From Paracoccaceae bacterium (GTDB taxonomy: Bacteria > Pseudomonadota > Alphaproteobacteria > Rhodobacterales > Rhodobacteraceae): a stretch of 64,000 nt of DNA. The notes under the pieces were generated by a model, which worked only from the letters and a program-made list of their open reading frames with translations, had not been told where the DNA came from and searched no databases. Position 1 is the stretch's first letter. Every line of letters begins with the position of its first letter. This document shows, one piece after another, positions 53,389 through 64,000 of the stretch. The position numbers and the translations under genes are program-made. The stretch is taken from positions 32,040 through 96,039 of the forward strand of contig JAJUJF010000001.1 in NCBI GenBank assembly GCA_029265455.1, read 5' to 3'.

Positions 53389-53783
53389 TGATCCTCGAGA
53401 TCCTCGCCACGATCTTTCTCGTGCTCGGCGGCTTCTTCTGCCTCATGGCGGGAATCGGCGTGGTCAGGCTTGGCGACATCTTCCTCCGCATGCATGCCTC
53501 GACCAAGGCAGGCACCCTCGGCATTGCCCTCATCGTGGTGGCGATGATGTTCCTCGCCGAAAGCTGGACCGAGCTTCTCGAGCCGGTCTTCGTGTTCCTG
53601 TTCATGATCCTGACGATCCCGATCGGTGCCCATCTGATCGGCCGCGCCGCCTTCCGCACCCGCGTTCCGCTGCAGCCCGATACCCGGATCGAGCCAGAAT
53701 GCGAGACCTTCCGGGGCGACCGGATCGAGGGGCGCCCGTCCGGGCGGACCTCCTCGGCGAAGCGTCCGATCCCGTCCCCCTGA
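53388..53783 (+). CDS. mrpG: Mrp antiporter subunit G
   Basis: RLGDIFLRMHASTK, LTIPIGAHLIGRAA. Confidence 0.93.
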   Translation: MILEILATIFLVLGGFFCLMAGIGVVRLGDIFLRMHASTKAGTLGIALIVVAMMFLAESWTELLEPVFVFLFMILTIPIGAHLIGRAAFRTRVPLQPDTRIEPECETFRGDRIEGRPSGRTSSAKRPIPSP

Positions 53784-53805
53784 TCGCTGCCGCTCCTGCG
53801 CGCCG

Positions 53806-55050
53806 TCAGAGCCGCCGCCGGTCGGCCTCGCCCGCAGCGGAGCGACTCCTTGCGACCCGGATGACATAGACCGTCGCCGCGACGCTGCCGAGGGACGAGA
53901 GGAACATGATGATGATGAGCGGCCAGGCGCCGGTCTCCGGCGTGAGCAGCGCGCCCGCGAGCGAGGCGAGGGCCGCCCCCGCCCCGATCGTCAGCGCCCC
54001 GCCGAGCCCCGAGGCACTGCCGGCGAGATGCGGGCGCACCGAGACAAGTCCGGCGTTGGCGCTCGGCAGCAGGAGCCCGTTCCCCACGCCGAGGAACATG
54101 ATCGTGCCGAAGAAGGCGAGCGGCGTCGCGAGGCCCACCGCGAACAGCAGCAACGTCAGCCCGAGCCCCGCCGTCGCGACGATGCCGCCAAGGAGCATCA
54201 TCCGGTTCATGCCGACATGCGAGGCAAAACGCCCGGAGAGGAAGTTGCCGCCCATGTAGCCGACGGCAATGAAGCCGAAATGGAAGCCGAGCGTCGCCGG
54301 CGACATGCCGAGCACGACGCTCGCCACCCACGGACCGCCCCCGAGAAAGGCGAAGAACGCGCCGGAGGCAAAGGCGGTGCTCGCCGCATAGCCCCAGAAC
54401 CGGCGCGAGCGCGCGAGTTCGGGATAGGTCCGGAACTGCGCCGCGAAACTTGCCGACCGGTTGAGGTTCGTCTCGCCGAGGTCCGCCCACATGAGCCAGG
54501 TCGCGACAACGCCCACGACCAGTGTGGCGACGAAGACCGCCTGCCAGCCGAAGGTCTCGTCGAGGAACCCGCCGAGGATCGGTGCCACCATCGGCATCAG
54601 CGACATCCCCATGGTCACGTAGCCGATCATGCTCGCCGCCTCGCTCGCCGGCACGATGTCGCGCACGATCGCCCGTGACAGCACCATCCCCGAGGCCACC
54701 GTCGCCTGCATCAGCCGGAAGAACAGGAACACGGTGATGCTCGGCGCGAAAAGGCAGCCGACCGTCGCGGCGAGGAAGACCGTCAGCGAACCCAGCACCA
54801 CCGGCCGACGTCCGAAACGATCCGAAAGCGGCCCGAGCACCAGCTGTATCACCGCCGTGACCGCGAGATAGGCCGAGACGGCCAGCGCAACCACGCCGTA
54901 CTCCGCGTCGAAATGGCTCGCGAGGCTCGGCAACGACGGGAGCAGCATGTTCATGTTGAGCGCGCCGATCCCGGCGAGGATGACGAGGGTGAAGATCGTC
55001 GGCGGGGTCTCGCGGCTCAGTCTCGGACCGAAGCCCCTTCGGGAAGTCAT
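53806..55050 (-). CDS. Bcr/CflA family MFS efflux transporter
   Basis: NMLLPSLP, GPLSDRFGRRPV, APILGG. Confidence 0.92.
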   Translation of the reverse strand: MTSRRGFGPRLSRETPPTIFTLVILAGIGALNMNMLLPSLPSLASHFDAEYGVVALAVSAYLAVTAVIQLVLGPLSDRFGRRPVVLGSLTVFLAATVGCLFAPSITVFLFFRLMQATVASGMVLSRAIVRDIVPASEAASMIGYVTMGMSLMPMVAPILGGFLDETFGWQAVFVATLVVGVVATWLMWADLGETNLNRSASFAAQFRTYPELARSRRFWGYAASTAFASGAFFAFLGGGPWVASVVLGMSPATLGFHFGFIAVGYMGGNFLSGRFASHVGMNRMMLLGGIVATAGLGLTLLLFAVGLATPLAFFGTIMFLGVGNGLLLPSANAGLVSVRPHLAGSASGLGGALTIGAGAALASLAGALLTPETGAWPLIIIMFLSSLGSVAATVYVIRVARSRSAAGEADRRRL

Positions 55051-55171
55051 GGCGCGGATCCGGGAGCAGTCAGGGCAATGGCCGGAAATGTAGCTCGCGG
55101 CCACGCCGCCGGCCACTCCTCCGAAGACAGGACAAGGACAGAAACGCCACCGTCACCGGCCCGGCAGGATG

Positions 55172-56635
55172 TCACCGCCGCGCATAGGCATCCTCGTGGC
55201 GGGTGATGTCGTCCTCGCCGAGATAGCTCCCCGACTGCACCTCGACGAGATGCAGATCGACCTTCCCCGGGTTCTCGAGCCGGTGCACCTCGCCCAGGGG
55301 CACGTAGACGGACTGGTTCTCCGTCACGAGCCGGACCTCCTCGCCGATCGTGACCCGTGCCGTGCCCTCGACCACCACCCAGTGCTCGGCGCGATGGACA
55401 TGGGACTGCAGCGACAGGATCCCCCCCGGATGCACCATGATGCGCTTCACCTGGAATCGGTGCCCGCGGGCGAGCTGCTCGTACCAGCCCCAGGGCCGGT
55501 GACAGCGAGGAAATCCCGTTGCCTGCGCCATCCCCTCGGCGCGCAGGAGCGCGACTGCTTCGCCGACCCGCTGGCTCTGGGCGAGATCGGCGACCAGCAC
55601 CGCATCCTTCATCGCGATCGCGGCGATGTTGCGCAGCCCGAGGCCGACCAGCACCTGGTCCCCGCTCTCGCTCCGCAGGAGACTCCCCTCGCAGTCGAGC
55701 GCCCGCGCGAGGCCGGCAAGGGTGTTGCCCTGCCCGTCCGCCTCCATCTCGCGGGCAATCGCGTCCCAGGAGCCGAGATCCGACCAACCGCCGGCAAGCG
55801 GCACGACGGCGAGGTTCTCCACCTTTTCCATGACGGCATAGTCGACGGAAATGTCCGCCACCGCCTCCCATGCCGCGGGATCGAGGCGGCAGAAGGCGAG
55901 ATCCGATTGTGCCCCCGCCAATGCCCGCCGGACATGGCCGACCAGCGCCGGCTGATGCGCCTCGAACGCGGCAAGGATCGCCGCTGCGGTAAAGAGGAAG
56001 ATGCCACCGTTCCAGAGATGCTGCCCGTCCGCCACCAGCGCGGCGGCACGTTCTGCATCGGGCTTCTCCACGAAACCGCGCAACGGCATCGCCCGCGCCG
56101 CGCCGGCTTCGGCCGCGCCGTTCCCGAGAGGCGCCTCGAGTTCCAGATAGCCGAAACCCGTCTCCGGGCGGGTCGGCACGATTCCGAAGGTCACGAGCCT
56201 GCCTTCCCGTGCCGCGGCCATCCCCGCCTGCACTGCCGCGCGGAAGGCCGCCCCGTCGGCGATCACGTGATCCGAGGGACAGACGAGGAGGAGCGCCTCC
56301 GGATCCTCCTTCGCAAGGAACATCGCGGCGGCAAGAATGGCAGGGCCGGTATTGCGCGCCGCGGGCTCGATCAGGATGCGTCCGGCAGCACGGCCGATTT
56401 CCCCGAACTGCTCGGCGACCACGAACCGGAACTCCGCCCCCGTGACCACCACCGGCGGTGCAAATCCGGAGGCAGCAAGCCGCTCGACCGTCTCCTGGAA
56501 CGGGCTCGTCCCTCCGAACACCCGCGCGAACTGCTTCGGATAGCTCTGGCGCGAGAGCGGCCACAGACGCGTTCCCGAGCCGCCGCAGAGGATGACCGGA
56601 TGAATCGTCTCGATCGGCATGCCCCGCTCGCTCAT
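55172..56635 (-). CDS. manC: Mannose-1-phosphate guanylyltransferase / mannose-6-phosphate isomerase
   Basis: ILCGGSGTRLWPLSRQSYPKQF, EPAARNT, ISVDYAVME, RPWG, LQSHVHRAEHW. Confidence 0.96.
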   Translation of the reverse strand: MSERGMPIETIHPVILCGGSGTRLWPLSRQSYPKQFARVFGGTSPFQETVERLAASGFAPPVVVTGAEFRFVVAEQFGEIGRAAGRILIEPAARNTGPAILAAAMFLAKEDPEALLLVCPSDHVIADGAAFRAAVQAGMAAAREGRLVTFGIVPTRPETGFGYLELEAPLGNGAAEAGAARAMPLRGFVEKPDAERAAALVADGQHLWNGGIFLFTAAAILAAFEAHQPALVGHVRRALAGAQSDLAFCRLDPAAWEAVADISVDYAVMEKVENLAVVPLAGGWSDLGSWDAIAREMEADGQGNTLAGLARALDCEGSLLRSESGDQVLVGLGLRNIAAIAMKDAVLVADLAQSQRVGEAVALLRAEGMAQATGFPRCHRPWGWYEQLARGHRFQVKRIMVHPGGILSLQSHVHRAEHWVVVEGTARVTIGEEVRLVTENQSVYVPLGEVHRLENPGKVDLHLVEVQSGSYLGEDDITRHEDAYARR

Positions 56636-56704
56636 GACCTCGGCCGGAGATGGCGGAACTCGCCATCCGCCCTCCTCGATCTAGCGCAGATGACGCCGGT
56701 ATCC

Positions 56705-56719
56705 TTAAGGCATCCTTAA
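56705..56719. promoter_or_regulatory. CtrA full binding site upstream of manC
   Basis: TTAA-GGCATCC-TTAA (TTAA-N7-TTAA), 70 nt upstream of the manC start. Confidence 0.65.
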
Positions 56720-56809
56720 GAATGCGTAAGCCCTCGCCGGAGCCGCTCCGCCGGACCTCCTGCCGCAGCCCCTCCGGCATGCCTGCACCATCCCCCTGGA
56801 TTGGGCGGG

Positions 56810-57016
56810 TCAGAAGTCGCAGGCGATGCCCTTCACCTCGTAGTCGCCATAGCGGGCCGGGTCGGGACCGTCACGGCCGCCGACCTCGCGCGGGCTGCTC
56901 GCCGGCTTCCGGGTCGCGCGGCGGGCTTCGGCCTCGGCAAGGGCACGTCGGGCAGCAGCGGCGATGCGCGCCTTCTTTTCGTCGTCCGTGTCAGGCCTAT
57001 ATTCGGGATCGGTCAT
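56810..57016 (-). CDS. DUF1674 domain protein
   Basis: ARRALAEAEARR...PREVGGRDGPDPARYGDYEVKGIACDF. Confidence 0.92.
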   Translation of the reverse strand: MTDPEYRPDTDDEKKARIAAAARRALAEAEARRATRKPASSPREVGGRDGPDPARYGDYEVKGIACDF

Positions 57017-57081
57017 GACCACATGTTAGGACGGCCCACGGCCGGAGGAAAGGGCGGGGCCGGGAAAAGAGGTCAAGGCAG

Positions 57082-57981
57082 ATGAACTATTTCAAGACGA
57101 TGCTGCTCCTCGCGGCGCTCACCGCGCTTTTCATGGGTGTGGGCTACCTCCTCGGCGGCAGCGGCGGCATGATGATCGCCTTCCTCTTCGCGCTCGCAAC
57201 CAATGCTTGGGCCTTCTGGAACTCCGACAAGGTGGTGCTGCGCATGCATGACGCGCAGCCGGTGACCCGCGCGTCGATGCCCGAGTTCTACGACATGGTG
57301 GCCCGGCTTGCCCGGAATGCCGACCTGCCGATGCCGAAGGTCTACATCATCCAGGCTGATCAGCCGAACGCCTTCGCCACGGGCCGCAACCCGGAGAATG
57401 CCGCCGTCGCGGCGACCACCGGCCTCCTGAAGCTCCTCACCCCGGCCGAGGTCGCGGGCGTGATGGCGCACGAGCTCGCCCATGTGAAGAACCGCGACAC
57501 CCTGATCATGACGATCGCGGCGACCGTCGCCGGTGCCATCGCCATGCTCGCGCAGTTCGGCTTCCTCTTTGGCGGCCGCGACGATCGCAACAATCCGCTC
57601 GGCGTCATCGGCGTGCTGCTGGCGGTGCTCGTCGCCCCCCTCGCGGCCGCGATGATCCAGATGCTGATCAGCCGCACGCGGGAATATTCCGCCGACCGGA
57701 TGGGGGCGCAGATCGCCGGCGATCCCCTGGGCCTTGCAAGCGCGCTACGCAAGATCTCGGGCGTTGCGCGCCGGATCGAGATGCCGAGCGCCGAGCGCAA
57801 CCCGGCCTCGGCGCATCTCTTCATCGTCAATCCCCTGTCGGGGGCACGGATGGACAACCTCTTTTCCACCCATCCCAACCCCGAGAACCGCATCCGCGCC
57901 CTCGAGGCGATGGCGGCGGAGATGCCGGGACGGCGGATGCGCGAATCGCCGATCCCGCGCGCCGGGCGGCCGAGGTGGTGA
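57082..57981 (+). CDS. htpX: Zinc metalloprotease HtpX
   Basis: [30 protein letters not shown]. Confidence 0.96.
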   Translation: MNYFKTMLLLAALTALFMGVGYLLGGSGGMMIAFLFALATNAWAFWNSDKVVLRMHDAQPVTRASMPEFYDMVARLARNADLPMPKVYIIQADQPNAFATGRNPENAAVAATTGLLKLLTPAEVAGVMAHELAHVKNRDTLIMTIAATVAGAIAMLAQFGFLFGGRDDRNNPLGVIGVLLAVLVAPLAAAMIQMLISRTREYSADRMGAQIAGDPLGLASALRKISGVARRIEMPSAERNPASAHLFIVNPLSGARMDNLFSTHPNPENRIRALEAMAAEMPGRRMRESPIPRAGRPRW

Positions 57982-58195
57982 GCGGAACGGTGACCGGGAT
58001 TCCATCTGATCCGCTCGTCGTCGCCCCTCGGGCCGCGCCGTCAACGGAGGCGGGCACCCTCCTCGCGACACGCCGCAGTCCTGCAGCTGCCTCCCGATGC
58101 CGCGGGCGCATCTCCCGCACGGCACCGGCACATGGGGACCTGTCCACATCCGGCCGTCGCCCGTACCGTCTTTCCGTCTGCCCGGCAGGCGCGGC

Positions 58196-59515
58196 ATGAG
58201 ACCCCGACGCAGCGATCGCCGCACCGAGCCGCGTCCCGTGGGGCCACCGGGTTTTGCCGCGCGCCGGGCAGCGGCGGAACTCGTCGAGGGCGTGCTCCGG
58301 CGCAACCGGCGGCTTTCCGAACAGGCCGGCGAGGACGGGCCGCTCGCCCGCCTCGGGCCGGCCGACCGCGCCCGGGCACAGGCGCTCGCGGCCACGACGC
58401 TGCGCCATCTGCCGGCGATCGACCGCGTTCTCGATGCCTTCCTGCGCCGGCGCCCCGCAGGCCGGGCGCTGACCGCGCTCCGGCTTGCCGCCGCCGAGAT
58501 GCTGGTCGATGGCGTGGCTCCCCACGCCGCCGCCGATGCCGCGGTGACCCTCACCCGCGGCCATCCGAAGACCCGCCATCTCGCGCCCCTCGTCAATGCC
58601 GTCTCGCGCCGCCTCGCCACCGAGGGTCCGGCCCGTTGGGCCGAGATCCCGCCACGGCGCCTGCCGCCCTGGCTCGAGGCGCCGGTGATCGCGGCCTGGG
58701 GCGAGGCGGCGGCCGATACCATCGCCCAGGTGCAGGGCGGGCGGCCGCCGCTCGACATCACGCCGAAGAACCCCGAGGCGGCGGAGATCCTGGCCGAGCG
58801 GCTCGGCGGCGATCTCCTTCCCACCGGCAGCCTCAGGCTGCCGGGGCGGGTGCAGGTCTCGGCCCTGCCGGGGTATGACGAGGGCGAATGGTGGGTGCAG
58901 GACGCCGCCGCCGCGCTGCCGGCCCGGATGCTCGGCATCCGGCCCGGAGAGCCCGTGCTCGATCTCTGCGCGGCTCCGGGCGGCAAGACGCTCCAGCTCG
59001 CGGCCGCAGGCGGCCTCGTGACCGCGCTCGACATCTCCGCTCCCCGCCTCGAGCGGCTCAGGGAAAATCTCGCGCGCACCGGCCTCGATGCCGAGATCGT
59101 GGTCGCGGATGCGCTCGCCTGGACGCCGGAGCAACCCTGGGGCGCGATCCTGATCGACGCTCCCTGCTCTGCAACCGGCACGATCCGCCGCCATCCCGAC
59201 CTGCCGCATCTGCGCAACGCAGGTGACATCGAACCCCTTGTCGCATTGCAGGCACGACTTCTCGACCGCGCCTGGGAATGGCTGCGCCCGGGCGGCCGGC
59301 TCGTCTATGCGGTCTGCTCGCTCATTCCGGCCGAAGGCGAGGAGCAGGTGGCGGCCTTCCTGCGGCGGACTCCCGGCGCGCAGCGGCTCCGCCCGGACAT
59401 TGCCCTGCCCGAAGGCTGGCTCGACAGCGAAGGCGCGCTCCGCACAAGGCCGGATTTCTGGGCGGAGACGGGAGGCGTGGACGGGTTTCATGCCGCGCTG
59501 ATCGGGAAGGCGTGA
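58196..59515 (+). CDS. rsmB: RsmB/NOP class I SAM-dependent RNA methyltransferase with NusB-like domain
   Basis: VQDAAAALP, DLCAAPGGKT, DAPCSATGTIRRHPD, YAVCSL. Confidence 0.92.
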   Translation: MRPRRSDRRTEPRPVGPPGFAARRAAAELVEGVLRRNRRLSEQAGEDGPLARLGPADRARAQALAATTLRHLPAIDRVLDAFLRRRPAGRALTALRLAAAEMLVDGVAPHAAADAAVTLTRGHPKTRHLAPLVNAVSRRLATEGPARWAEIPPRRLPPWLEAPVIAAWGEAAADTIAQVQGGRPPLDITPKNPEAAEILAERLGGDLLPTGSLRLPGRVQVSALPGYDEGEWWVQDAAAALPARMLGIRPGEPVLDLCAAPGGKTLQLAAAGGLVTALDISAPRLERLRENLARTGLDAEIVVADALAWTPEQPWGAILIDAPCSATGTIRRHPDLPHLRNAGDIEPLVALQARLLDRAWEWLRPGGRLVYAVCSLIPAEGEEQVAAFLRRTPGAQRLRPDIALPEGWLDSEGALRTRPDFWAETGGVDGFHAALIGKA

Positions 59516-59581
59516 CAATTTCGGCGCCTGCCGCCTAAGCTCCCCTTGGCCACCTGATCCGGAAGTTCCGCGACACTCCTC

Positions 59582-61330
59582 ATGACGTCCCTTCGCCTTC
59601 CCCTGAGCCCCCTCGGCGCGGCGGCCCGTCCATTCCGGAAGCTGCGCGGTCACTACCGCGTGCGCCGTGGCTGGGCGGGAGCCGTGACCCCGCCCGCTCG
59701 GGAAGCGCTCCCCGAGCCGTTCCTCTGGGGCGACGCCGAGGTCGGTCGTCGGCTCGTCGCCGGGGAATGGCGCGCCTTCGGGCATTCGGTACTGCTCGGC
59801 GCCGGGTTCTGGGGCACCACGCTTCCCGATCCCCGGCTGGAGGCGGAGCGCGACACTTTCCGCTGGCTCGACGATCTCGCCGCCCTCGGCACCCGCAAGG
59901 CACGGCAACTGGCGCAGCGATGGACCTTCGAATGGATCGACCGGTTCGGTCGCGGTCGCGGGCCCGGCTGGCAACCGGAACGGGCAGGTGCACGGATCTT
60001 CCACTGGACGGCGCATGCAGGGTTCCTGACCGAGGGCCTCGGGGAAACCGATACCGCCCGGTTCTGGCAGGCGGTGGCCGCGCATGGCCGCGCCCTGTCG
60101 AAAGGCTGGCGCGATGCGGGCGACCTCGCGGCGAGGGTCGAGGCTCTCGCGGGCGCCGTCCATGCCCTCGCCCTTGTTGCCGACCCTTCCTGCGACGAGG
60201 CGGCGGATGAACTCGCCCGGCTCGCGGCGCGCGCGGTCGATCCGGCCGGCGGCACACCGAGCCGCGCGCCCGAGGACCTCGCGCGGATCGTCATCGCCCT
60301 CGTCTGGTCCGCGCGCATCCTCGAGACCTTCGGCCGGCACGCGCGTCCGCCCCATCTCCACGCCATTGCCCGCGCCGTGCCGGTCCTGCGCGTGCTGAGG
60401 CTCGGCGACGGCTCCACCGCGCGATTCCAGGGCGGCGGCCCCGGAGACCCTGTCCGGCTCGACCAGGCGCTGGCGGAGCTGCGGCTCGCGGCACGGGCAA
60501 AGCCGCGGCTGCCGATGGGCTATGCACGGCTTGCCGGCGGGCGGGTGGTGGCGGTGATGGATGGAGGACTCCCTCCGACGGGGCCGGATGCGTCTGGAGG
60601 TGCTGCCGGAACCCTCGCCTTCGAGATGTCGGCCGGCACGGTGCCGATCATCGTCAACGCCGGGCCGGGAGCCGCCTTCGGGCCGGCCGCCGATCTCGCC
60701 TCGCGCGGGACAGCCGCCCATTCGACGGTGGAGATTGCCGGAATGCCGTCGGCCCGCCTCCGCCGGCCGCGGACCTCGGGCCGTGCCGCCGGGAGCTGGA
60801 TCGCCCAGGGACCGAGCCTCGTCTCGGTTCGCCAGGCCCAGGATGCGACCGGCCAGTGGCTGCTCGCCACCCACGACGGCTATGTCGAGACCCTCGGCCT
60901 CCTTCACGAGCGGCGGCTCTTCGTGGATGCGAAGGGGACCGAGCTGCGTGGCGAGGAGATCGTCCATGTGCCCGACGCCCGCGCACGCAGACGTTTCGAC
61001 GCCGCGTCCCGCCGCCGCCGGGACCCCATGGTTCTCGTCGCGCATTTCCATCTGCACCCGGACGTGGCGGCCGCCGTCGATCCGGTCCGGCAGGTGGTCG
61101 AGATCCGCCCTCCCGGCATCGACACCTGGATCTTCCGCACCGGCGGCGGCCGGGTGGAACTGCGTGAATCGCGCCATTTCGACCCGACGGCGGCAGCGCC
61201 CCTGCCCTCGCTCCAGATCATGGTCATCGTCGAGGTGATCGAGTATCTGGGCCAGGTCAACTGGTCCTTCACCCGTGTTCCGACCACGCAAGGGCACGGG
61301 CGCCGATCCCTTGCCGGAGGCTCCCCATGA
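59582..61330 (+). CDS. Heparinase II/III family protein
   Basis: [10 protein letters not shown]...[19 protein letters not shown]; conserved between rsmB and purH. Confidence 0.85.
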   Translation: MTSLRLPLSPLGAAARPFRKLRGHYRVRRGWAGAVTPPAREALPEPFLWGDAEVGRRLVAGEWRAFGHSVLLGAGFWGTTLPDPRLEAERDTFRWLDDLAALGTRKARQLAQRWTFEWIDRFGRGRGPGWQPERAGARIFHWTAHAGFLTEGLGETDTARFWQAVAAHGRALSKGWRDAGDLAARVEALAGAVHALALVADPSCDEAADELARLAARAVDPAGGTPSRAPEDLARIVIALVWSARILETFGRHARPPHLHAIARAVPVLRVLRLGDGSTARFQGGGPGDPVRLDQALAELRLAARAKPRLPMGYARLAGGRVVAVMDGGLPPTGPDASGGAAGTLAFEMSAGTVPIIVNAGPGAAFGPAADLASRGTAAHSTVEIAGMPSARLRRPRTSGRAAGSWIAQGPSLVSVRQAQDATGQWLLATHDGYVETLGLLHERRLFVDAKGTELRGEEIVHVPDARARRRFDAASRRRRDPMVLVAHFHLHPDVAAAVDPVRQVVEIRPPGIDTWIFRTGGGRVELRESRHFDPTAAAPLPSLQIMVIVEVIEYLGQVNWSFTRVPTTQGHGRRSLAGGSP

Positions 61331-62913
61331 GCGATATCGTCCCCGTCCACCGCGCCCTCCTCTCGGTTTCGGACAAGACGGGGCTCGTCGACCTCGCCCG
61401 CGCCCTTGCCGCGAAGGGGATCGAGCTCATCTCGACCGGTGGCACCGCCCGTGCGCTTCGGGACGCGGGACTCGCCGTGCGCGACGTGGCCGACCTCACC
61501 GGCTTTCCCGAAATGCTCGACGGGCGGGTGAAGACACTGCATCCCGCCGTGCATGGCGGCCTCCTCGGCCTGCGCGACGACGAGAGCCACCAGGCGGCGA
61601 TGGAGGCGCACGGGATCGCGCCGATCGACCTCCTCGTGGTCAATCTCTATCCCTTCGAGGCGACCGTCGCCGCCGGCGCCGGTTACGCGGAATGCGTCGA
61701 GAACATCGACATCGGCGGCCCGGCGATGCTCAGGGCGGCGGCGAAGAACCACGCCCATGTCGCGGTGGTCACCGATGTCGCGGATTATCCCGGGCTGCTC
61801 GCGGAACTCGACAGCCACGGCGGCACCACCCGCGCCTTCCGCCAGCGCCTCGCGCTTGCCGCCTTCGGCCGCACCGCCGCCTATGACGCCGCCGTCTCGA
61901 CCTGGCTCGCGACCGCGACCGGCGAGACCGCGCCGCGGCGGCGCGTCTTCGCGGGCGAACACGCCGGAATCCTCCGCTACGGCGAGAATCCGCATCAACG
62001 CGCCGCCTTCTACCGCGACGGCTCCACCCGGCCGGGCGTCGCCACCGCCCGGCAGCTCGGCGGCAAGGCGCTGTCCTACAACAACATCAACGATACCGAC
62101 GCCGCCTTCGAACTGGTGGCGGAATTCCCGCCGGCGGACGGTCCGGCCTGCGCCATCATCAAGCACGCGAATCCCTGTGGCGTGGCACGCGGGAAGACTC
62201 TCGCCGAAGCCTACCGCGCCGCCTTCGACTGCGACCGGACCTCGGCCTTCGGCGGCATCGTCGCCGTCAACGTTGCCCTGGACGGCGAGACGGCGGCGGC
62301 CATCGCCGAGATCTTCACCGAAGTGGTGATCGCCCCCGCCGTCACCCCGGAAGCGGCGGAGATCTTCGCCACGAAGAAGAACCTGCGCCTGCTCGAGGCC
62401 GGTGGCCTGCCCGATCCCTCCGCTCCGGGGCTGACATTCCGGCAAGTGGCGGGCGGCTTCCTCGTCCAGGACCGCGACACGGGCAGGCTCGCGCCCGACA
62501 CGCTCAAGGTCGTGACGAAACGCGCGCCTACCGATACCGAACTCCGCGACCTCCTCTTCGCCTGGAGCGTCGCCAAGCACGTCAGGTCGAACGCCATCGT
62601 CTATGCGAGGGACGGGGCCACCGTCGGCATCGGCGCCGGCCAGATGAGCCGGGTCGATTCGACCCGCATCGCCGCCCGCAAGGCAGGCGACATGTCGGCC
62701 ACGCTCGGCCTCGCCGAACCGCCGACCCGGGGCGCGGTCGTCGCATCGGACGCCTTCTTCCCCTTTGCCGACGGGCTCCTCGCCGCCGTCGAGGCCGGGG
62801 CGACGGCGGCGATCCAGCCGGGCGGCTCGGTCCGCGACGAGGAGGTGATCGCCGCCGCCGACGAGGCGGGGCTGGCGATGGTCTTCACCGGCATGCGCCA
62901 TTTCCGGCACTGA
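61327..62913 (+). CDS. purH: Bifunctional AICAR transformylase / IMP cyclohydrolase
   Basis: [51 protein letters not shown]. Confidence 0.98.
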   Translation: MSDIVPVHRALLSVSDKTGLVDLARALAAKGIELISTGGTARALRDAGLAVRDVADLTGFPEMLDGRVKTLHPAVHGGLLGLRDDESHQAAMEAHGIAPIDLLVVNLYPFEATVAAGAGYAECVENIDIGGPAMLRAAAKNHAHVAVVTDVADYPGLLAELDSHGGTTRAFRQRLALAAFGRTAAYDAAVSTWLATATGETAPRRRVFAGEHAGILRYGENPHQRAAFYRDGSTRPGVATARQLGGKALSYNNINDTDAAFELVAEFPPADGPACAIIKHANPCGVARGKTLAEAYRAAFDCDRTSAFGGIVAVNVALDGETAAAIAEIFTEVVIAPAVTPEAAEIFATKKNLRLLEAGGLPDPSAPGLTFRQVAGGFLVQDRDTGRLAPDTLKVVTKRAPTDTELRDLLFAWSVAKHVRSNAIVYARDGATVGIGAGQMSRVDSTRIAARKAGDMSATLGLAEPPTRGAVVASDAFFPFADGLLAAVEAGATAAIQPGGSVRDEEVIAAADEAGLAMVFTGMRHFRH

Positions 62914-62977
62914 ACCCCGCCTTGCCCCCGCCGGGCGCGGCCGCTAGGGTCACGGGCGTTTTCCGGAGGTTGCTCGG

Positions 62978-63478
62978 ATGCCGCTCAAGCGGACCCTGCT
63001 CGTCGCGGCGCTCGTCGTCGCCCTCGATCGCGCCGTGAAGCTGTGGGTGGTGGAAGGGCTCGACCTCCGGCACCGGTTCTTCATCGAGATCTGGGACCCC
63101 TGGCTCAACCTCGCGATGGCGTGGAACCGCGGCGTGAATTTCGGCCTCTTCGACTTCGGGGATGCCGGGCGCTGGGTGCTCGTGGCCCTTGCGCTCGTGA
63201 TCTCGGCCGGCGTGCTCTGGTGGACACGGCGCGCACGGGGACCATGGGTGCCGCTCGGCGCCGGCCTCGTCGTCGGCGGCGCGATCGGCAACGCCTGGGA
63301 CCGGCTGACCTGGGGCGCGGTCGCGGATTTCATCAACATGAGCTGCTGCGGGATCGACAATCCCTTTGCCTTCAACATCGCCGATATCGCGATCTTTGCC
63401 GGCGCCGGGCTTCTCGTCCTCTTCGGCGAACGCGACGCCAATCCGGAACGGAGCCGGAGCCGGCGCAAGAAGGCGTGA
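62978..63478 (+). CDS. lspA: Lipoprotein signal peptidase II
   Basis: [26 protein letters not shown]. Confidence 0.95.
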   Translation: MPLKRTLLVAALVVALDRAVKLWVVEGLDLRHRFFIEIWDPWLNLAMAWNRGVNFGLFDFGDAGRWVLVALALVISAGVLWWTRRARGPWVPLGAGLVVGGAIGNAWDRLTWGAVADFINMSCCGIDNPFAFNIADIAIFAGAGLLVLFGERDANPERSRSRRKKA

Positions 63479-63557
63479 CGGGCCGGACCGCATCGGCTAG
63501 AGGGAAACGGGGCGCGCCTTTGTCCGCCACCGAAGGGAAGTTGACGGGATTGCCGAA

Positions 63558-64000
63558 GTGAATCGTGACGCCAGATCCGGATTGCGGGCGCTCGTCGCCG
63601 GCGCGGTGCTCATCCTGCCGCTTGCGGCCTGCGGCGACGGCGGGCTTGCGGGCAGCCTGCGCCGTTCGGGCGTCGTCGGCCAGCCGGACGAGTTCATGGT
63701 GCTGCCGACCCGCCCGCTCGAGATGCCGGCCGATCTCTCCACCCTGCCGCCGCCGACGCCCGGTGCCACCAACCGCGTCGACCGCCAGCCGCGGGCCGAG
63801 ACCATCACTGCCCTCACCGGTCGGCCGCCGGCCTCGGCCCCGGCCGCTCCGGGCCTGGTTGCCGCCACCGGGCCGGCGTCACCCGAGATCCGCGCGGCGC
63901 TCTCCGCGGAGGACGAGGCCTATGCGCGCCGGAACCAGCCCCGGCTCCTCGAACGCTGGTTCGGCGGAAATCGCAACCGCCAGGTCTACGAAGGGATGAC
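63558..64000 (+). CDS. DUF3035 family lipoprotein, truncated by the window edge
   Basis: Frame not in the ORF track: GTG 63558, MNRDARSGLRALVAGAVLILPLAACG...PDEFMVLPTRPLEMP. Confidence 0.82.
   Translation, partial: MNRDARSGLRALVAGAVLILPLAACGDGGLAGSLRRSGVVGQPDEFMVLPTRPLEMPADLSTLPPPTPGATNRVDRQPRAETITALTGRPPASAPAAPGLVAATGPASPEIRAALSAEDEAYARRNQPRLLERWFGGNRNRQVYEGM

Noticed and set aside
59582-61330. Heparinase II/III gene as an acquired polysaccharide lyase
   Set aside because: Part of the conserved DUF1674-htpX-rsmB-heparinase-purH core synteny

Overview
64 kb of a high-GC alphaproteobacterial chromosome; gene content suggests Rhodobacterales (inference). Mostly core genes: prs, ribF, groES-groEL with CIRCE, purEK, ibpA with a ROSE-type thermometer, trxB, lgt, proC, pepF, cobB, otsA, hspQ, clpS, mtnA, 5-oxoprolinase, a seven-gene Mrp antiporter operon, manC, htpX, rsmB, purH and lspA. 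No tRNA, rRNA, CRISPR array, transposase, integrase or prophage was seen. The most interesting material lies below the 60-aa ORF cut-off and between genes: (i) three small membrane proteins (25, 28, 45 aa) absent from the ORF track, behind exact EcfG-type general-stress promoters, two of them directly upstream of the NHEJ gene ku; (ii) a two-copy 72-bp element with an IHF-consensus core next to the stop codons of prs and hspQ; (iii) a self-contained unit of a 60-aa ORF, rnk, a double zinc-ribbon protein and mscS with its own promoter and structured leader; (iv) shared PhaR-type boxes on two phasin promoters and an exact CtrA box before manC. Product names come from motif recognition by eye; no database searches were run.
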